From assembly GCA_964016885.1 (NCBI GenBank), contig OZ024744.1:35030001-35094000 (forward strand): a stretch of DNA of 64,000 nucleotides, written 5' to 3'. The stretch is from Eledone cirrhosa (Eukaryota). Shown in pieces: positions 47,841 through 60,940 of the stretch (position 1 is its first letter; every line of letters starts with the position of its first letter). The notes under the pieces were generated by a model. That model saw only the letters and a list, made by a program, of their open reading frames with translations. It was not told the DNA's origin and searched no databases. The position numbers and the translations under genes are program-made.

Positions 47841-49848
47841 TTATTCCGTATTCCTAGAAGAGCAGCATCGCTACCTTTATTAAAGTATTTAATTATATAT
47901 ACTATAGCTTGAACAGAGGAGCAAAGTTCTACATTGATGTGGCCTTTAAATACTTTCAAAAGCAATGGATTGTAAGGCACAATCCACCTATTGACAATTG
48001 TATATGTTTTTGAGTTTCTTGTTATTGTTGCTGTTTTTCTCCGTCTATATAAGGGATATCCTGTGACATCTATCTTGGTTTCGTTAATTAAATATTTTGG
48101 GTAATTCTTCTCACATTTTGCATCATTCATACATGGACATTGCAGATTTGATAAACCACAAGAACCATGGACCATTCGTGTAGTGACAATATCATAAAGA
48201 TTTGGATCATTAATTGGATTGGGAATTTATGCAGAGATTACTAAATCTAATTGATTTGGATAAATTGTTTGCTCTAACCAAAGTAAGATATGAGCATGTG
48301 GTGAGCCTCTTTGCTGCCATTCTACTGTATATATGTAGGCCTTTGTTTTGCCAAATATTCCCTTATCAACCAATACTTTCATCATTTTGTTTAACTTTTA
48401 TTTGAAAACCCTTGCAATTATATCTTCGGGTTTTTGATCTTTCTATAGGTTCTCCATGATCTCATTTCATTTAGGATTGCAAGTGAATGTTATAAATAAA
48501 TCAGGCCTACTGTATTCTCTCACATAACACATTGCATCTTGAGTTCTTTCCTTCCAATATCTTGGACTTCCAACAAAAGTAGAAGGTAAAATTACAGCCC
48601 TACCTAATTCTTGTGCATTGATTATTCCTTCATTATTTAGAGAATCTTTTAAAAGTGTCCCACCCGTAAAATGATGATGATGATGATGATGATACTCTTC
48701 GACCCTTAGCTTAGTTTAGTGCTGTTTAATGTACACTAACCATTCAAACTCAATTTTGGAATACATATGAACTAAATACATTTAGAACAATTATTTACAT
48801 CTTACAATTTGATTCCAAGTATTTCTTAGTTGTAAATGATATGCATAATATTGTCTGCATGTAACATTCTTATTTGGAACATTTGATTTGTATTTGGATT
48901 GTATAAAGGTAAATCCAATGAATAGCCATTATTTCCTCTCCAATGAATCAAACGAAATTGTAATAGATCATAAGATCTATATAATTCATTGATTTTCTTT
49001 ACAGTGTTATCTTTATAAGTAAAAATGATGTTTCTTCATAGAAATTCAGTTCCAACCATTACTAATCCCACATCGTTAGATATTCAGTCATTGTACCTTC
49101 GTGCATGCTCACCAGCTGGTACTCTATCTGCACAAATTGACAATTGAAGATTTGGACTGTTAACAAAAGATGCCATAGTTTTAATTTGTCTGATAAGCTC
49201 ACTATTTTCCAAAAGCATCTCTTGGATGTGTCTTATAGTGTGTAAGTGTGTTTCAGGAAATCTACTATTTCTAATATTAATTTATTCATTTAAATCATCA
49301 ATAAAATAAACTTGAGCATATTTAGGAATATTATCAACTGCATTATACAATGAACTTATTAGTGTATTTAAAGGTTCAGGTGGTCTTTACCATTTGAACA
49401 ACATAATCCTTAGATTCATCTTTAAAGAGTTTTTCACAACAATGCTTACAAACTACTGACATTGTTCCTAAATTTGATAGATTATCATAATTTTTACTTG
49501 AATCATATTCAAATGCTGCATTTGTAAACGATTTAACAGAACTACGTAGTTCAGCATACCTTGATCTTTTTACTTGAGTTACAATTTCTTGTTCCTCCCT
49601 AGTCTGAGAATGTCATGCTTTATTGTGAGAAATTCTATTTTCCTCTCTTATTTCATCTCTTCTTTCTTCTGTCAAATTTCCTCTGAACTCTAGGAGAGCT
49701 AATCTGTTTCTTCTCTAATTTCATTTCTCCTTTCAATTGAGAGCCTTTCTCGTCTTTGTCTTTGATACTCTCGATTTCTTGCTCTCTGAATTTCTTTCAC
49801 TTCTTCATTCATTTCCTTCCGGAGCTATTTGAAATTTTCCTTACATCA

Positions 49849-50522
49849 TCAATATATATAAAGTGGTATTCCTGTTTGTTTGTTTGTTCACGAACTCCTC
49901 CTATGGTTTTGGAGATATACCCCCATAACTATATATATTCTGAAACTACATTGCCCAGGTTACTTGGATAAGTATATTTCATTTTAATCAAAGGGTTCCC
50001 CGGGGGCACAAAAACCCCCACTGAAAATGTTTTCCCTTCGATTTATATGAAATTTAAACCATAGGTAAATGACAAGATATGATACCTATTCACAAAAGTT
50101 TTGAATTGATATTTTGAAAAAAATTTCAGCAAATTTCAATAATAAGACACCCTAATGGGGGTTAAACCCCCTATTAGGGTTCCCCGGAGACACAAACCCC
50201 CGCTGAAAATGTTTCCCTTTGATTTATATGAAATTTAAACCATACGTAAATGACAAGATATGATGTCGATTCACAAAAGTTTTGAATTGATATTTTGAAA
50301 AAAATTATTTACAAGAAACAAAATAAGAATAAGATTTAATAATTTTGATTTGATATATTACAAAAAATAATGTTTTCCAATTTTTCATGCATTACATTTT
50401 ACTTTGAGTAATATTGAAATGTAGAGTTTTTCTCCATAAATTATATCACTGATTTAAAATCAATCATCATTTTCTTATTAAAAAATGTGTGAAACGCAGC
50501 AAGGCATGGGTAATTTGGCTAG
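49849..50522 (+). mobile_element. Non-autonomous Helitron (second family) with internal ~185-bp duplication
   Basis: A|TCAATATATATAAAG...gtttgtttgttt 5' end; 3' GC-rich subterminal motif then CTAG|T; duplicated block ~49993-50125 / ~50177-50305. Confidence 0.72.
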
Positions 50523-50584
50523 TTAATAATAATATTGTTTAAGTTAGTAGTTGCATTGAAATATTTATCATTATTATGCACTGC

Positions 50585-50904
50585 ATAATGTGACCGTGTA
50601 GGCAACACGGTAAAAACGTCCCAGTCCCACACTGTAAATGTGGTTGGTGTTAGGAAGGGCATCCAGCTGTAGAAAACCTGCCAGACAGTCCACGCTGTAA
50701 TGTGGCCGTGTAGGCAACACGGTAAAAACCTCCCAGCCCCACACTGTAAATGTGGTTGGTGTTAGGAAGGGCATCCAACTGTAGAAAACCCGCCAGACAG
50801 TCCTATGCGAGCAAGACAACCACTCGTGCCTCAAGTGGGAAAACTCCCGTCCAAACCCATGCAAGCATGGAACACGGACGTTAAACGATGATGATGATGA
50901 TGAT
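50585..50904 (+). mobile_element. RTE subfamily 2 3'UTR with internal ~112-bp duplication
   Basis: Duplicated gtaggcaacacggtaaaa...ccagacagtcc block; (GAT)n tail. Confidence 0.85.
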
Positions 50905-51356
50905 ATATATTGATATCGTAATTTTCTGAAGTGACACTGTTGTTAAATGAATTTGTGTTGTTTGCTTCCATTTGATTTTAGTTACTGAAAGAACGCTGGT
51001 TAAAAATAATTTTTACATACACACACATCAACACAAACATATACATAAACTGACTCTTTAGAAAAAATAATTATTACATGCACACATATGTGTGTGAGTA
51101 TGTATGTGTGTGTATGTAAACATACACATACACTCACACAGCATAGCAAATAGAATGCCAGCCGCTATTCTGCTATAGTTCTTTCACCAGTCCCTTCCTT
51201 CCTTTTATACATACATATACATTCACACAGACACAGTGTGATGAACAGATGGACAGAAGTCGCTCAAATTTATATATAGATGACAAAAAAGCAGTGATTG
51301 CTACAAGATTAATGAGACATGAATGTATGAATGATACTGTTTTGTTTATATTTTAG

Positions 51357-51395
51357 GTAATGAGGATCTCTTTGAGGATTCTGAAATAACTGATG
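51357..51395 (+). CDS. Host gene micro-exon E (CNEDLFEDSEITD), 39 bp
   Basis: ttttAG acceptor, GTGAGT donor; phase 1 to 1. Confidence 0.72.
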
Positions 51396-51699
51396 GTGAG
51401 TTTCTCTTAAATTTTTTTTTCTGTCTTAGTATCTATCCTGCTTTTTGCTGTCTTAGTTTTTTTTTTATGCAGCTGAAATGTTTAGACTTAACTCATTTCT
51501 TCGTTTAACATTAACGCCAGCACCTGGCCCTCGAATGACTTCAGCAAAGTCAACTCTATTGGAATCATTCAGACCAGGTCTCTAGTTTAAGGACATTTTC
51601 TTCCTTCCTACCTAACAGTCACTGAGGCCCTAAAATGGATTATATGCTTTGCCTATTTCTCCCTGAAAAACAGTAAATGAATAAATAAACACATTGGTC

Positions 51700-52035
51700 T
51701 CACGACAAAAACCATCCAGTCTACACTGTGAAGTGGTTATTTAGGAGTCACAACAAAAATCACCCAGCCCACACTGTAAATGTGATTGGCATTAGGAAGA
51801 GCATCCAGCCATAAAAACCAAGCCAGAAATAGTTCTGTCATGTAGGAGACAGGTAAAAAGGCTCCCAGTCAACACTGTAAATGTGGTTGGTATTAAGAAG
51901 GGCATCCAGCCATAGAAAATCTGCCAGATGCAGTCCTATACGAACGAGACACGTTCACCTGACCCAACTTGCCTCAAATGGGACAACCCTTCTAACCCAT
52001 GCTAGTGTAGAAAATAGACGTTAAACGATGATAAT
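51700..52035 (+). mobile_element. Old RTE 3'UTR fragments
   Basis: UTR modules and a cccatgctagtgt...gatgat end. Confidence 0.7.
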
Positions 52036-54553
52036 GTTACTCTATCTGATATTGGGGTAAGGTTTTTTTTTACCATTAGTTGTCTCTTAAAGGACCTGCT
52101 TCTTGCTATAAGGAAGCTGGTGATATGAAGGCAAGTTTAAACACAGACCACAAAGAGCTGGAACAGATACTACAAAGCATGTTGTCCAACGCTGTAACAA
52201 TTCCATCAATCCACTACCCTGGACAGTTATTTAATTTATCCACCCTGAAAGGATGAAAAGTAAAATATACTTCAGTGTTATTTTAATTTGGAGTGCAGAG
52301 AATTAAGACAAACACTAAAAAGTATTTTATAGGTAGGAAAGGAAAACAGGGCCCAGATCCCTTCTGGGGTGTGTCATGACAAAAAGCACCCAATCCACCC
52401 TGTAAAGGAGTCGTGTTAGTGTCACAACAAAAGAAGCACACCGTCCACCCATAGAAACTAAGGGCATCCAGCCATAGAAACTAAGCCAAAATATGGATCC
52501 ATATGAAGATGTAATGACATGATTTGTCTTACTACATGTCAACCTGTGTAATCCTTGCAAATGTGGAAAAATAGACATTAAATGATGATGATTTTGTGTC
52601 AACTTTTTCATGCTGACTTGGGTTCAATGAGTCATTAGACCTGTTGTACTAGATGGTTTGGAAGACCACATCTTAATATGTTCCCTTTTTTTGTATAGAT
52701 TCTATGGATAGATGATACTTTCCAGGGTGTACTTGATGCACTTTATTGTATCACGAGCACTAGAGTGTTTGTCCTGTCTTTCATGTGGCCTTTTTGACAG
52801 GGTCTATACCTGGATTTCCTTCCTAATGCCAACCACTATACCATGTGTACTGGGTGCCTTTTATAGTGGCACTAAGGCAAGTGAGGTTGCTTTCTTGCAA
52901 AGTGTGTTCAAGAATCAAATAGGAATATGGTGACTAAGGAGGATATTAGAAGGGGTAGCCTTGTCTCAAGACAAATGAGATCGAGATGAAAAGATGTGGT
53001 GGTTAGAAGTTGACATAGATGTATAGTTATGAGTGTAACATAGAACATTGAGAGATAGGGCTATATGTTGGTTGTTGGTTAAAGGCTAGATAGATAACAG
53101 GAGAAACAGGAAGAGGAAAGAACGGATGATGGCAGCAACATGGCTGAGTGACGGGGCCATATTAAAGAGAAAGAGTAGAAGGTGGCATGAATTTACAGTG
53201 ATGAATGCTGGTCAATAGGGAGATAGAAAGATAGATATGTGATAGTGGGAGAGGTACAATGATGATAATAAGAGTAATGATAAGTGTGATGGGAGGGGTA
53301 ATTGGATGTGCCAGGCCAGGTGACACACCTCACTACATGATGGCATTGCAGAAAGAATGATAGTAATAGATGAGAGAATATGGGATCTCTAAGGATGATA
53401 GCAATAGATGAGGGGTTGATGATGTAGCAAATAGGGCTGTAGCTAGAGATGGGGACATAAGAGTGTATTGGGTGCCTTGCTTGAACTGGTAGGAGGGGGG
53501 TCTTCTCCAGCACCATGTACCATCAATCATCACAGTTCTTTGAGATCTCTGTTGCGGTTGAACTTCTTGAGGCCAGCCTTCAACACATTGCCTCATGTCT
53601 TCCTAGGTATTCTTTTTCCAAAGGTCCTTATTCAAAGTCACTGGTTTAATTACCATGTCTCACTTTTTGGCATGGTTTCTATGGCTGGATGCCCTTTCTA
53701 ATGCCAGCCACTTTACGTCGTCTACATAATGACATGGTGGTGGAACAGACCAGTATTTATGCCAGTTTCATTGGTGTTAATTTACTTTGAGCTCAAGACT
53801 CCCTTCTGCTCAGGATGCTAGTTCATCACAGGGTTAACCCCCAGCTGCTGCTGCTGGTACTCATTTCAACTGAACAACGTGAAATGAAATGATTTGCTGA
53901 AAAGCACAACACACCACCTAGTCCAAAAATTAAACCTACGACATTACAATTGTAAGACCAACACACTAACCAGTAAGTCCCATGGTGTACTACTATAGAT
54001 TAATCCATGAAAGCTAAGAGACAGGCTGGGAAAGGAGCTGGTAGAGAGTAATATCAAATAATTAGAAGATAAACTTGACATCAAATATACTAAAGTAAGG
54101 GAGTAGTCAAAAGTATGAGATTTGTATATGTTCTGTGACACTATAATCAAAGGCAATGAGAGATGGTGGGAGGGTGGGGGCAGTGATGTATTGTAGTTAG
54201 TCCAATATACTGCCATATACTTTCTTGTTGTAGCAACTCTTTCTGATACAATATAAAAGTTCTTTCTAACCAACTAATTTTGACAAATAATTGAATAGCA
54301 TAATACATTTATTCTCCCCAAGCTACTGCTTGCTATTCAAAAATTTAAACCTCCTATCATAATTTTATGTAAAAACCTTTGTTAAATTACGTACTCAAAA
54401 CACCAATTTAAAGGTGACTGTTAGTTATATTACTAAATCTCTACACATTTTTTATTATTTTCATAATAAATTGGAAATGATAAGCATTGTTTTACATTAG
54501 AAATATAATTCCTGTTGACTGACAAATGTTTTGTTTTTCTTTTCTTTATTCAG

Positions 54554-54604
54554 AGTTGCTGGTTGATATATATGAAGATTTATTTAAAGATGATATGCAG
54601 GAGG
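54554..54604 (+). CDS. Host gene exon F (ELLVDIYEDLFKDDMQE), 51 bp
   Basis: Polypyrimidine + CAG acceptor, GTATGT donor; phase 1 to 1. Confidence 0.75.
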
Positions 54605-54721
54605 GTATGTGAGATAATAAAAGGACTGAAATCATACTGCTTGGTTTACTGAATATTTTTGAATATGTAGCCTTTGGTTGCATTATCATAATATTCATGA
54701 ACCATTACAGCAAGATTTTAA

Positions 54722-56288
54722 CCCTTTAAACCCTAAACTGCCTTTATTTTTATTCAAATTTTATTATTACATGACAAACAATATTAGATTTCAGTAGTTA
54801 AATATTTTTTTCTTTTATTAATAAGTTGTATGAGAGGGCGGTGGATTGGCAGTATCAGTAGAGGATCGGACAACATGCTTTGCAGCATAGTTACGGCCCT
54901 TTACGGTCTGAGTTCAAATCTCGCCTAGGTTAGCTTTGTCTTTCATCCTTACGCGGTCAATAAAATAAAGTACCAGTAATGCACTGGGTTCGATTTAATT
55001 AACTTTCCCTTCTCCCTAAAATTATCGGCCTTGTGCCTATAGTAAATATCATTAAGTTGTATGAGGGTGGTGAACTTGCAGAATCTTTTGAGTCATTCGC
55101 ATTAATTTTCAAATGTCATGCTTATCTGTTCGTCCCTTTATGGTCTGAGTTCAAATCCCGCCAAGATTAACTTTGCCTTTCATCCTTACAGGGTCGATAA
55201 AATAAAGTACCAGTAATACACTGGAATAATTGTTGGCCTTGTGCCAAAAATAAAAACAATTATTTTCAGTTAATCATACTCAAGAGGGTTATCAATTTTA
55301 TTTGTTTGTAATTTTCTTAATTTTCTATGTGTAGGCTTGAAATTTTGTCAGATGTTTAAATATCAATAATTTACAATTATATAATTTTACCTGATTTTTT
55401 TTGGTCAAATTTGACTTTTATGGGCAGGTGAAATTAATTAATAGGGGCATTTGAAGTATCAACCAGGTGCAAATACTGGTTTAATTTTAAATACGTTGTT
55501 TTCGGCATAATACTTGATATATAAGAATCACTAAACCTTATATCAGTGTTCCAGTAATTCCACAGTCTTGGAAATTGTTTTATACCAAACATAATATTTA
55601 CGGTAAAAAATGCTTGCATTTCTGCAGCATCTGTCGGTTGCCAAACAGATCGGGTTTTCCTTGATTTGAAATTTGTTGTTGGGCATATCGATTAATCTCT
55701 TCTGCCACAACTTCGAAGAAAGTTTGTGGTAAAAACAAAAAGAAATAATCCAGTGCTTTAGCATCGGTAGCTAATGTGTGTTGTGGACCAGTATTTTGAA
55801 TAAAATCGGGAACATATATTGGTGTGGTATTTTTCAACCACGTTGCTGTAATATTTTCAATGGCGTCCTGGAGTCTCCTTCGTTTTCACTTTCAAAACAA
55901 CAATCATCGTCAGACAAAATTTCAGAAATATAAACATCAGATGCATTTGAAGATAAATCACTAATATTATCGTTTGTTTCTTGTTTATTCTGAATGTCGT
56001 CGTGTGTAAAACCTTCAAAGCTACTTTCATAAGCCATGTTGATATAAAGAAAAAATTTGTTGCACTTTCAAAGTTAAAAAAACACTTATTGTTTTAAGTT
56101 GTTCCACTATATTAAGTGTTAATTTTCGCGGTAAGGGCCTAATCTGGCAGCAGTCTCGAATTGACGAGATTTTGATGATGGTTTGTTTATTTTTATAACA
56201 ATTTTTTAGTGTGGGTGTTTTTGGGCGGTTTCGGGCGGTTTGAACAAATGAAGGGGAAATAATTTTGGGCGGTTTGAACACTAAAGGG
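54722..56288 (-). mobile_element. Internally deleted piggyBac transposon (transposase N-terminal remnant 55434-56037)
   Basis: TTAA at both ends (54718-54721, 56289-56292) with CCCTTTA termini; frameshifted PGBD-like peptides: acidic N-terminus, DYFFLFL...EINRYA, EMQAFF...GI...YWNTD...LHLVD. Confidence 0.82.
54835..55260 (+). mobile_element. Two tandem Meta-like SINEs inserted in the piggyBac
   Basis: Each has ctgagttcaaatc, ctttcatccttac and ataaaataaagtaccag. Confidence 0.75.
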
Positions 56289-56309
56289 TTAAACAAAATG
56301 TTTTCTGGC

Positions 56310-56460
56310 ATTTAGTAACATCCCTTTACGTTTTCTGTTCAAATCCCGCTAAAGTTAATTTTGCCTTTCATCCTTACGGGGTCGATAAAATGAAGCACCA
56401 GTAATTGACTCTTCTCTCCCCTCTAAATTACTGTCTTTGTCCCTATACCAGAAATCATTA
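56310..56460 (+). mobile_element. Meta-like SINE fragment
   Basis: ttcaaatcccgc...gcctttcatccttacggggtcgataaaa. Confidence 0.65.
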
Positions 56461-57144
56461 TTAAGTTGATAGTTCTCCTTGTCCTCCTCCTCTTTCAAAC
56501 TTTTCTATATTTCATCGGCCTGTCACCCACCTTGTGGATTGTCTCTGTTGAACATTGACCGCTGGTCACTGTCCTCTCAGGCATTTTTTCTCATAGCTGC
56601 CTTTGACAGCATTTAGCTGTTTTAACGACTGTTCCAGTGATGAGTTTTCTCATTTTTATATATATATATGGCCCTGGCATGAGATCTCAAATGGCTTTTG
56701 AAACCTGAAAGCCTGTGAAACACCCGTCCACAAATAATACAATATCTCATTTCGTTCTTATTTCCACTTAGGGTTTCTTCCTATGTAAGTTAAGAGGTCT
56801 CTTCAATCCACCACTTGAGTTGCAAATTTTCTGACAAACATCAACTGATTCTCTGTAACAGAGTTTGAATAGTCAACTTGGACTTTACCATCATGTGCTG
56901 GTTGGTCTGACTTCAAGCCAGCGTACAAAAGGCCCACCTTAGAACACACAGGGTATTTGACAACCAACACTGGATAAGATTTATCATTTTTACTGTTAGC
57001 CTCATTCTTCTACACTTCTCTGTTCAGTTCTCATGTTTTATCCTCCCCGTTTAAAATGTTTTAACTCCATTCCAAATGGTATTTCTCTAGGCCACCCTTT
57101 CAAGATTTTTGTAGGATGTGTTAAGGTATTTTAAGTTCTCTTTT

Positions 57145-59616
57145 ATCATCATCATCATTATCATCATCGTTTAACGTCCATATTCCACGCTTGCATGAGT
57201 TTGGATGGGAGTTTTCCCACTTGAGGCAAGAGTGATTGTCTTGCTCGCATAGGACCGTCTGGCGGGTTTTCTACAGCTGGATGCCCTTCCTAACACCAAC
57301 CACATTTACAGTGTGGACTGGGAGGTTTTTACTGTGTTACCTACATGGCCACATTACAGCATGGACTGTGTGTTTTTTTGTCGTGACACCTACACGACCT
57401 CATTTGTTTTGGCCTGGATGTTGGTACCAACATAACTTTACATTGAAAGGGGTGGTGTGGATGGGGTGGGGGTAGTGGGACGGGGATGTATTTTGTTAGA
57501 GGTGCCTACTGACTGTAGTAGGTTTTACTTTGTATTTAGGTAAGGCGGGTCTTCTCTATTACTGTGTAGCACCAAAGATCTCGGTCCAGTGACAATGTCT
57601 TGGAGAGGTGTAAGTGTGTGAGGTCGGAATTTATCAAGTCGTCCCAGGTTTTTCTGGGTCTGCCTACTCTGTGGCTACCGTCTATCTTTATTGCCCTGCA
57701 CTTTTTTATACAGCTGTCGGCTTTCATGCGCATCACGTGTCCATACCAACGTAGCCTTCTCTCGAGTAAACAACATCTGATCCCTCTTATTTCTAATTTT
57801 TCCCTTAGTTCGTTTATGTTTGCCGTTCACGTATATTACTATTACACATCCAGCGGAGCATGCAAGCTTCGTTCCTCTCCAGTCTGCGTATATCCTCTGC
57901 ACACAATGCCCAGGTATCACTGACATGCAACATTGCTGTTCGTATGCAGGCATCATACAGCCTGCCTTTCATTTTTAGGGAGAACCCTTTAGCGGCTAAT
58001 AGTGGTATAAGCTCTCTGAACTTTTTCCATCCCGTTCTGACTCTAGCTACTGTACTTTCAGAGCACCCTCCCCCACTGCTGATTTTGTCACCCAGGTAAC
58101 GGAAGCTGTCCACTATTTCTATAGAGCCCTCTGCGCAATTGAAAGAGCTAGTATTTTGTGGGCACTTGCTGCTACTTATTGCACCAGAGCACTGGCCAGA
58201 TATAAAATACATGTTCTTAGTTAGCTTACCTGTGATCCCACTACATCTTTTATGCACCCATACTTTGCATTTGGGACATAAAATGGAGTTTCTACCTACT
58301 CCTTTCCTACACACTGAGCATGGCCATTTCCCGGATGGGACCGGCGCCCTATTTTCCTTCCTACAAACTAGAACTTTAGTCTTAGACAGGTTAATTTTAA
58401 GGCCTTTTGATTCTAGGCCGTGCTTCCATGTTTGGAATTTCTTCTCTAGTTCGGTCATTGATTCAGCTATGAGCGTTAGATCATCTGCTTATAGGAGTTC
58501 CCATGGGCAGCCGGTCTCCACTGTTATAACCTGAAGGGCAATAATAAATAGTAGGGGGCTAAGAACGGAGCCCTGATGAACACCAACTTTTACGCTAAAC
58601 TCTTCACTATATTCGTTGTTAATTCTAACCTTGCTCACTGTTTCTTTATACATGGCTTGTATAGCTCTCACAAGCCATTCATCAACACCTAGTTTTCTAA
58701 GAGCCCACCAGATCATGGAATGGGGGACTCTGTCGAAGGCTTTCTCCAAGTCGACAAAAGCTAAGTATAGGGGTTTACTTTTAGCTAGGTACTTCTACTG
58801 TAGTTGTCGTACAGGGAAAAGAGCATCTGTGGTACTTTTGCCTGACACAAACCCGAACTGCATTTCATCTAGGTCAATTCTCTCTCTGATTAGTTGCGCT
58901 ATTACTTTTTCCGTGACCTTCATGACCTGGTCGATTAATTTAATGCCTCTATAGTTACCCCTATCTAGGGCATCTCCTTTACCCTTGTAGCAGTTAATGA
59001 TGATGCTGCTACGCCAGTCCTTCGTAACAACCCCATTCTGTATGACTTGGTTTACTATCCGGGTGACCATGGTGTGTCCCACCGTTCCATAAGCTTTCAG
59101 CATTTCAGCAACTATTTCCGAAGGCCCAGCCGCCTTACCCGTCTTCATATCTTTGATTGCCTTACTTATTATACTACCTTCGACTAAGACTGCTGGTCCC
59201 TCTATTGGGTCGATGTGGGGGAGACTGTCTTTCTCCCATTTATTCTCCTCATTTAGTAGCCTTTCGTAGTGACACTTCCAAGCTACTTTCTTATCAGCGT
59301 CAGTGATGGTAAGTACACCATCATCATTAAGGACACACTTCTCCCCGACAATATCACGGTTTTCCTTGACACATTGCCTAGCAATCCTGAACACCTCGCG
59401 TTGTAGAACATGCTTGAACTTTCTTTCCTCAGCTTCCCTTCTTGCGAAGTACACTTGTCTCCTCGCTTCCCTCCTGGCCACTTGATAGTCTTCTCTACTT
59501 CCCCCATCCCACCATACTTTCCAAGCCTGCTTTTTGGCCTTAATTGACTCCTCCACCTTACTGTTCCACCACCACGTTACTCTCCTCCTGCCTATAGGCC
59601 TGCTCCAGCCACAGAC
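57145..59616 (-). mobile_element. 5'-truncated RTE subfamily 2 copy
   Basis: ORF fragments 58795-59556, 58489-58749, 57814-58458 and 57536-57736 collinear with the family 1 protein, PHD region included; (CAT)n at left, (TA)n at right. Confidence 0.95.
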
Positions 59617-59629
59617 TATATATATATAT

Positions 59630-60310
59630 CGAGCGAGACATGGTCACCTGACCAACCTTGCCTCAAGTGGGACAACTCCCTTTTATGCTAGTGTGGAAGA
59701 TGGACGTTAAATGAAGATGATGATGATGATGAAAGACGACAGATGTATAAAAAGGTGCAGGGCGATCAAAATTGATGGAAGCTAAGGAGTAGGTAGACCC
59801 AGAAAAACCTGGGACGACATGATAAAATTTGACCTTGCACACTTATATCTCTCTAAAACAATGTCACTGGATCGAGATCTTTGGCACTACGCAGTAATAC
59901 AGAAGACCTGCCTTCCCATACGTAAGAAGTTAAACCTACAGTCAGTAGGCACCTCTTAACTAAATATACACCCCAACCCACTACCCCTACCCAATCCTCA
60001 CACCACCCTGTCTCTGTAAAGTTGTGTTGGTACCACAGAACCTCCAGTCCACACTAAAGTGGTCATGTAGGTGTCACGACAAAAAGCACCCAGTCCACAC
60101 TGTGAAGTGGTCCTGTAGGAGACAGGTAAAAGGGCTCCCAGTCGACACTATAAATGTGGTTGGTGTAAGGAAGGGCATCCAGCCATAGAAAACCTGCCAG
60201 ATAGTCCTATACAAGCGAGATACGGTCACCCGATCAATCTTGCCTCGTGGGACATTTCCCGTCTAACCCATGCTATTGTGGAACAGACGTTAAATGATGA
60301 TGATGATGAT
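59630..60310 (+). mobile_element. Two stacked RTE 3' fragments
   Basis: Two (GAT)n tails (~59730, ~60310); GRPRKTWDD coding remnant. Confidence 0.85.
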
Positions 60311-60364
60311 ATAAATATAGATTAAATATAGTTAAAAATATAAATATAATGATATATATATATA

Positions 60365-60416
60365 TAGTCTCTCAGAGTTTTTTCGTTACACACCTGCGAC
60401 ATCATCAGTGATACTA
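60365..60416 (-). ncRNA. Minimal hammerhead ribozyme motif (degenerate), left inverted terminus
   Basis: UAGUAUCA-CUGAUGA-U-GUCGCA(GGUG)UGUAAC-GAAA-AAAC-UC^UGAGAGACUA. Confidence 0.55.
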
Positions 60417-60823
60417 TTGTTTCCTCCCGTTGTATTGTAATGTTTACTTATTCTATTTTATTTAGTTATTTATTATTGTCTGTTTGTGTGCGTGTTTTCT
60501 GTTTGTTGTGTGTCTGTGTGTGTTTGTATTCTATCTTTAGTCACTTGTGTGTGGTTGTTATTGTACCTGTGTATATTTATTTATGATGACAAAGGACCGT
60601 GACGAATGGAGAGATGCCATGCTTAATAAGACTCGTCCCACCCTTGCAAGCAGGGAAAAGCAGACTTAAAATAATGATGATGATGATGATTATCTTAGGT
60701 CACTATTGTGTATTTGTTGTCGTTGTTATTCCATTCATTTTCTGTTCAGCTTCGGTTTTCTTAGTTCTATTTCTGTTGCTTCCCTGATTTGTCTATCTGT
60801 TGAGTCATTCCTATGTTTAGATA
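60365..60823 (-). repeat. Inverted pseudo-LTR copy of the Penelope element 3' end (interrupted by an RTE family 3 tail at ~60584-60692)
   Basis: Reverse complement of ~62523-62871. Confidence 0.85.
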
Positions 60824-60940
60824 GAAAAGATGGAATAGGGGGACTAAAGCCATACAGACACCCGACAACAATGATCAGATGAGGAAAATGATCGCACTAG
60901 CGTGGAAAATGGGCGTTAAACGATGATGATGATGATGATG

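Larger units (their letters stand above)
42771..49848 (-). mobile_element. Decayed autonomous Helitron (Rep/PIF1 helicase pseudogene), interrupted by nested elements
   Basis: Rep: PSTFVGSPRY, PDLFITFTCNP, YTVEWQQRGSPHAHILLW (48278-48331), MVHGSCG, GYPLYRRR, WIVPYNP, KYFNKG; helicase: [42 protein letters not shown]. Confidence 0.93.

Noticed and set aside
50982-50998. Possible additional micro-exon (ag|ttactgaaagaacgctg|gt)
   Set aside because: Weak donor (GTTAAA), and its length would break the frame between exons D and E
51110-51281. Another non-autonomous Helitron on the minus strand
   Set aside because: A 5'-like A|TCTATATATAAA end is present at 51280, but I found no matching CTRR 3' end with a hairpin
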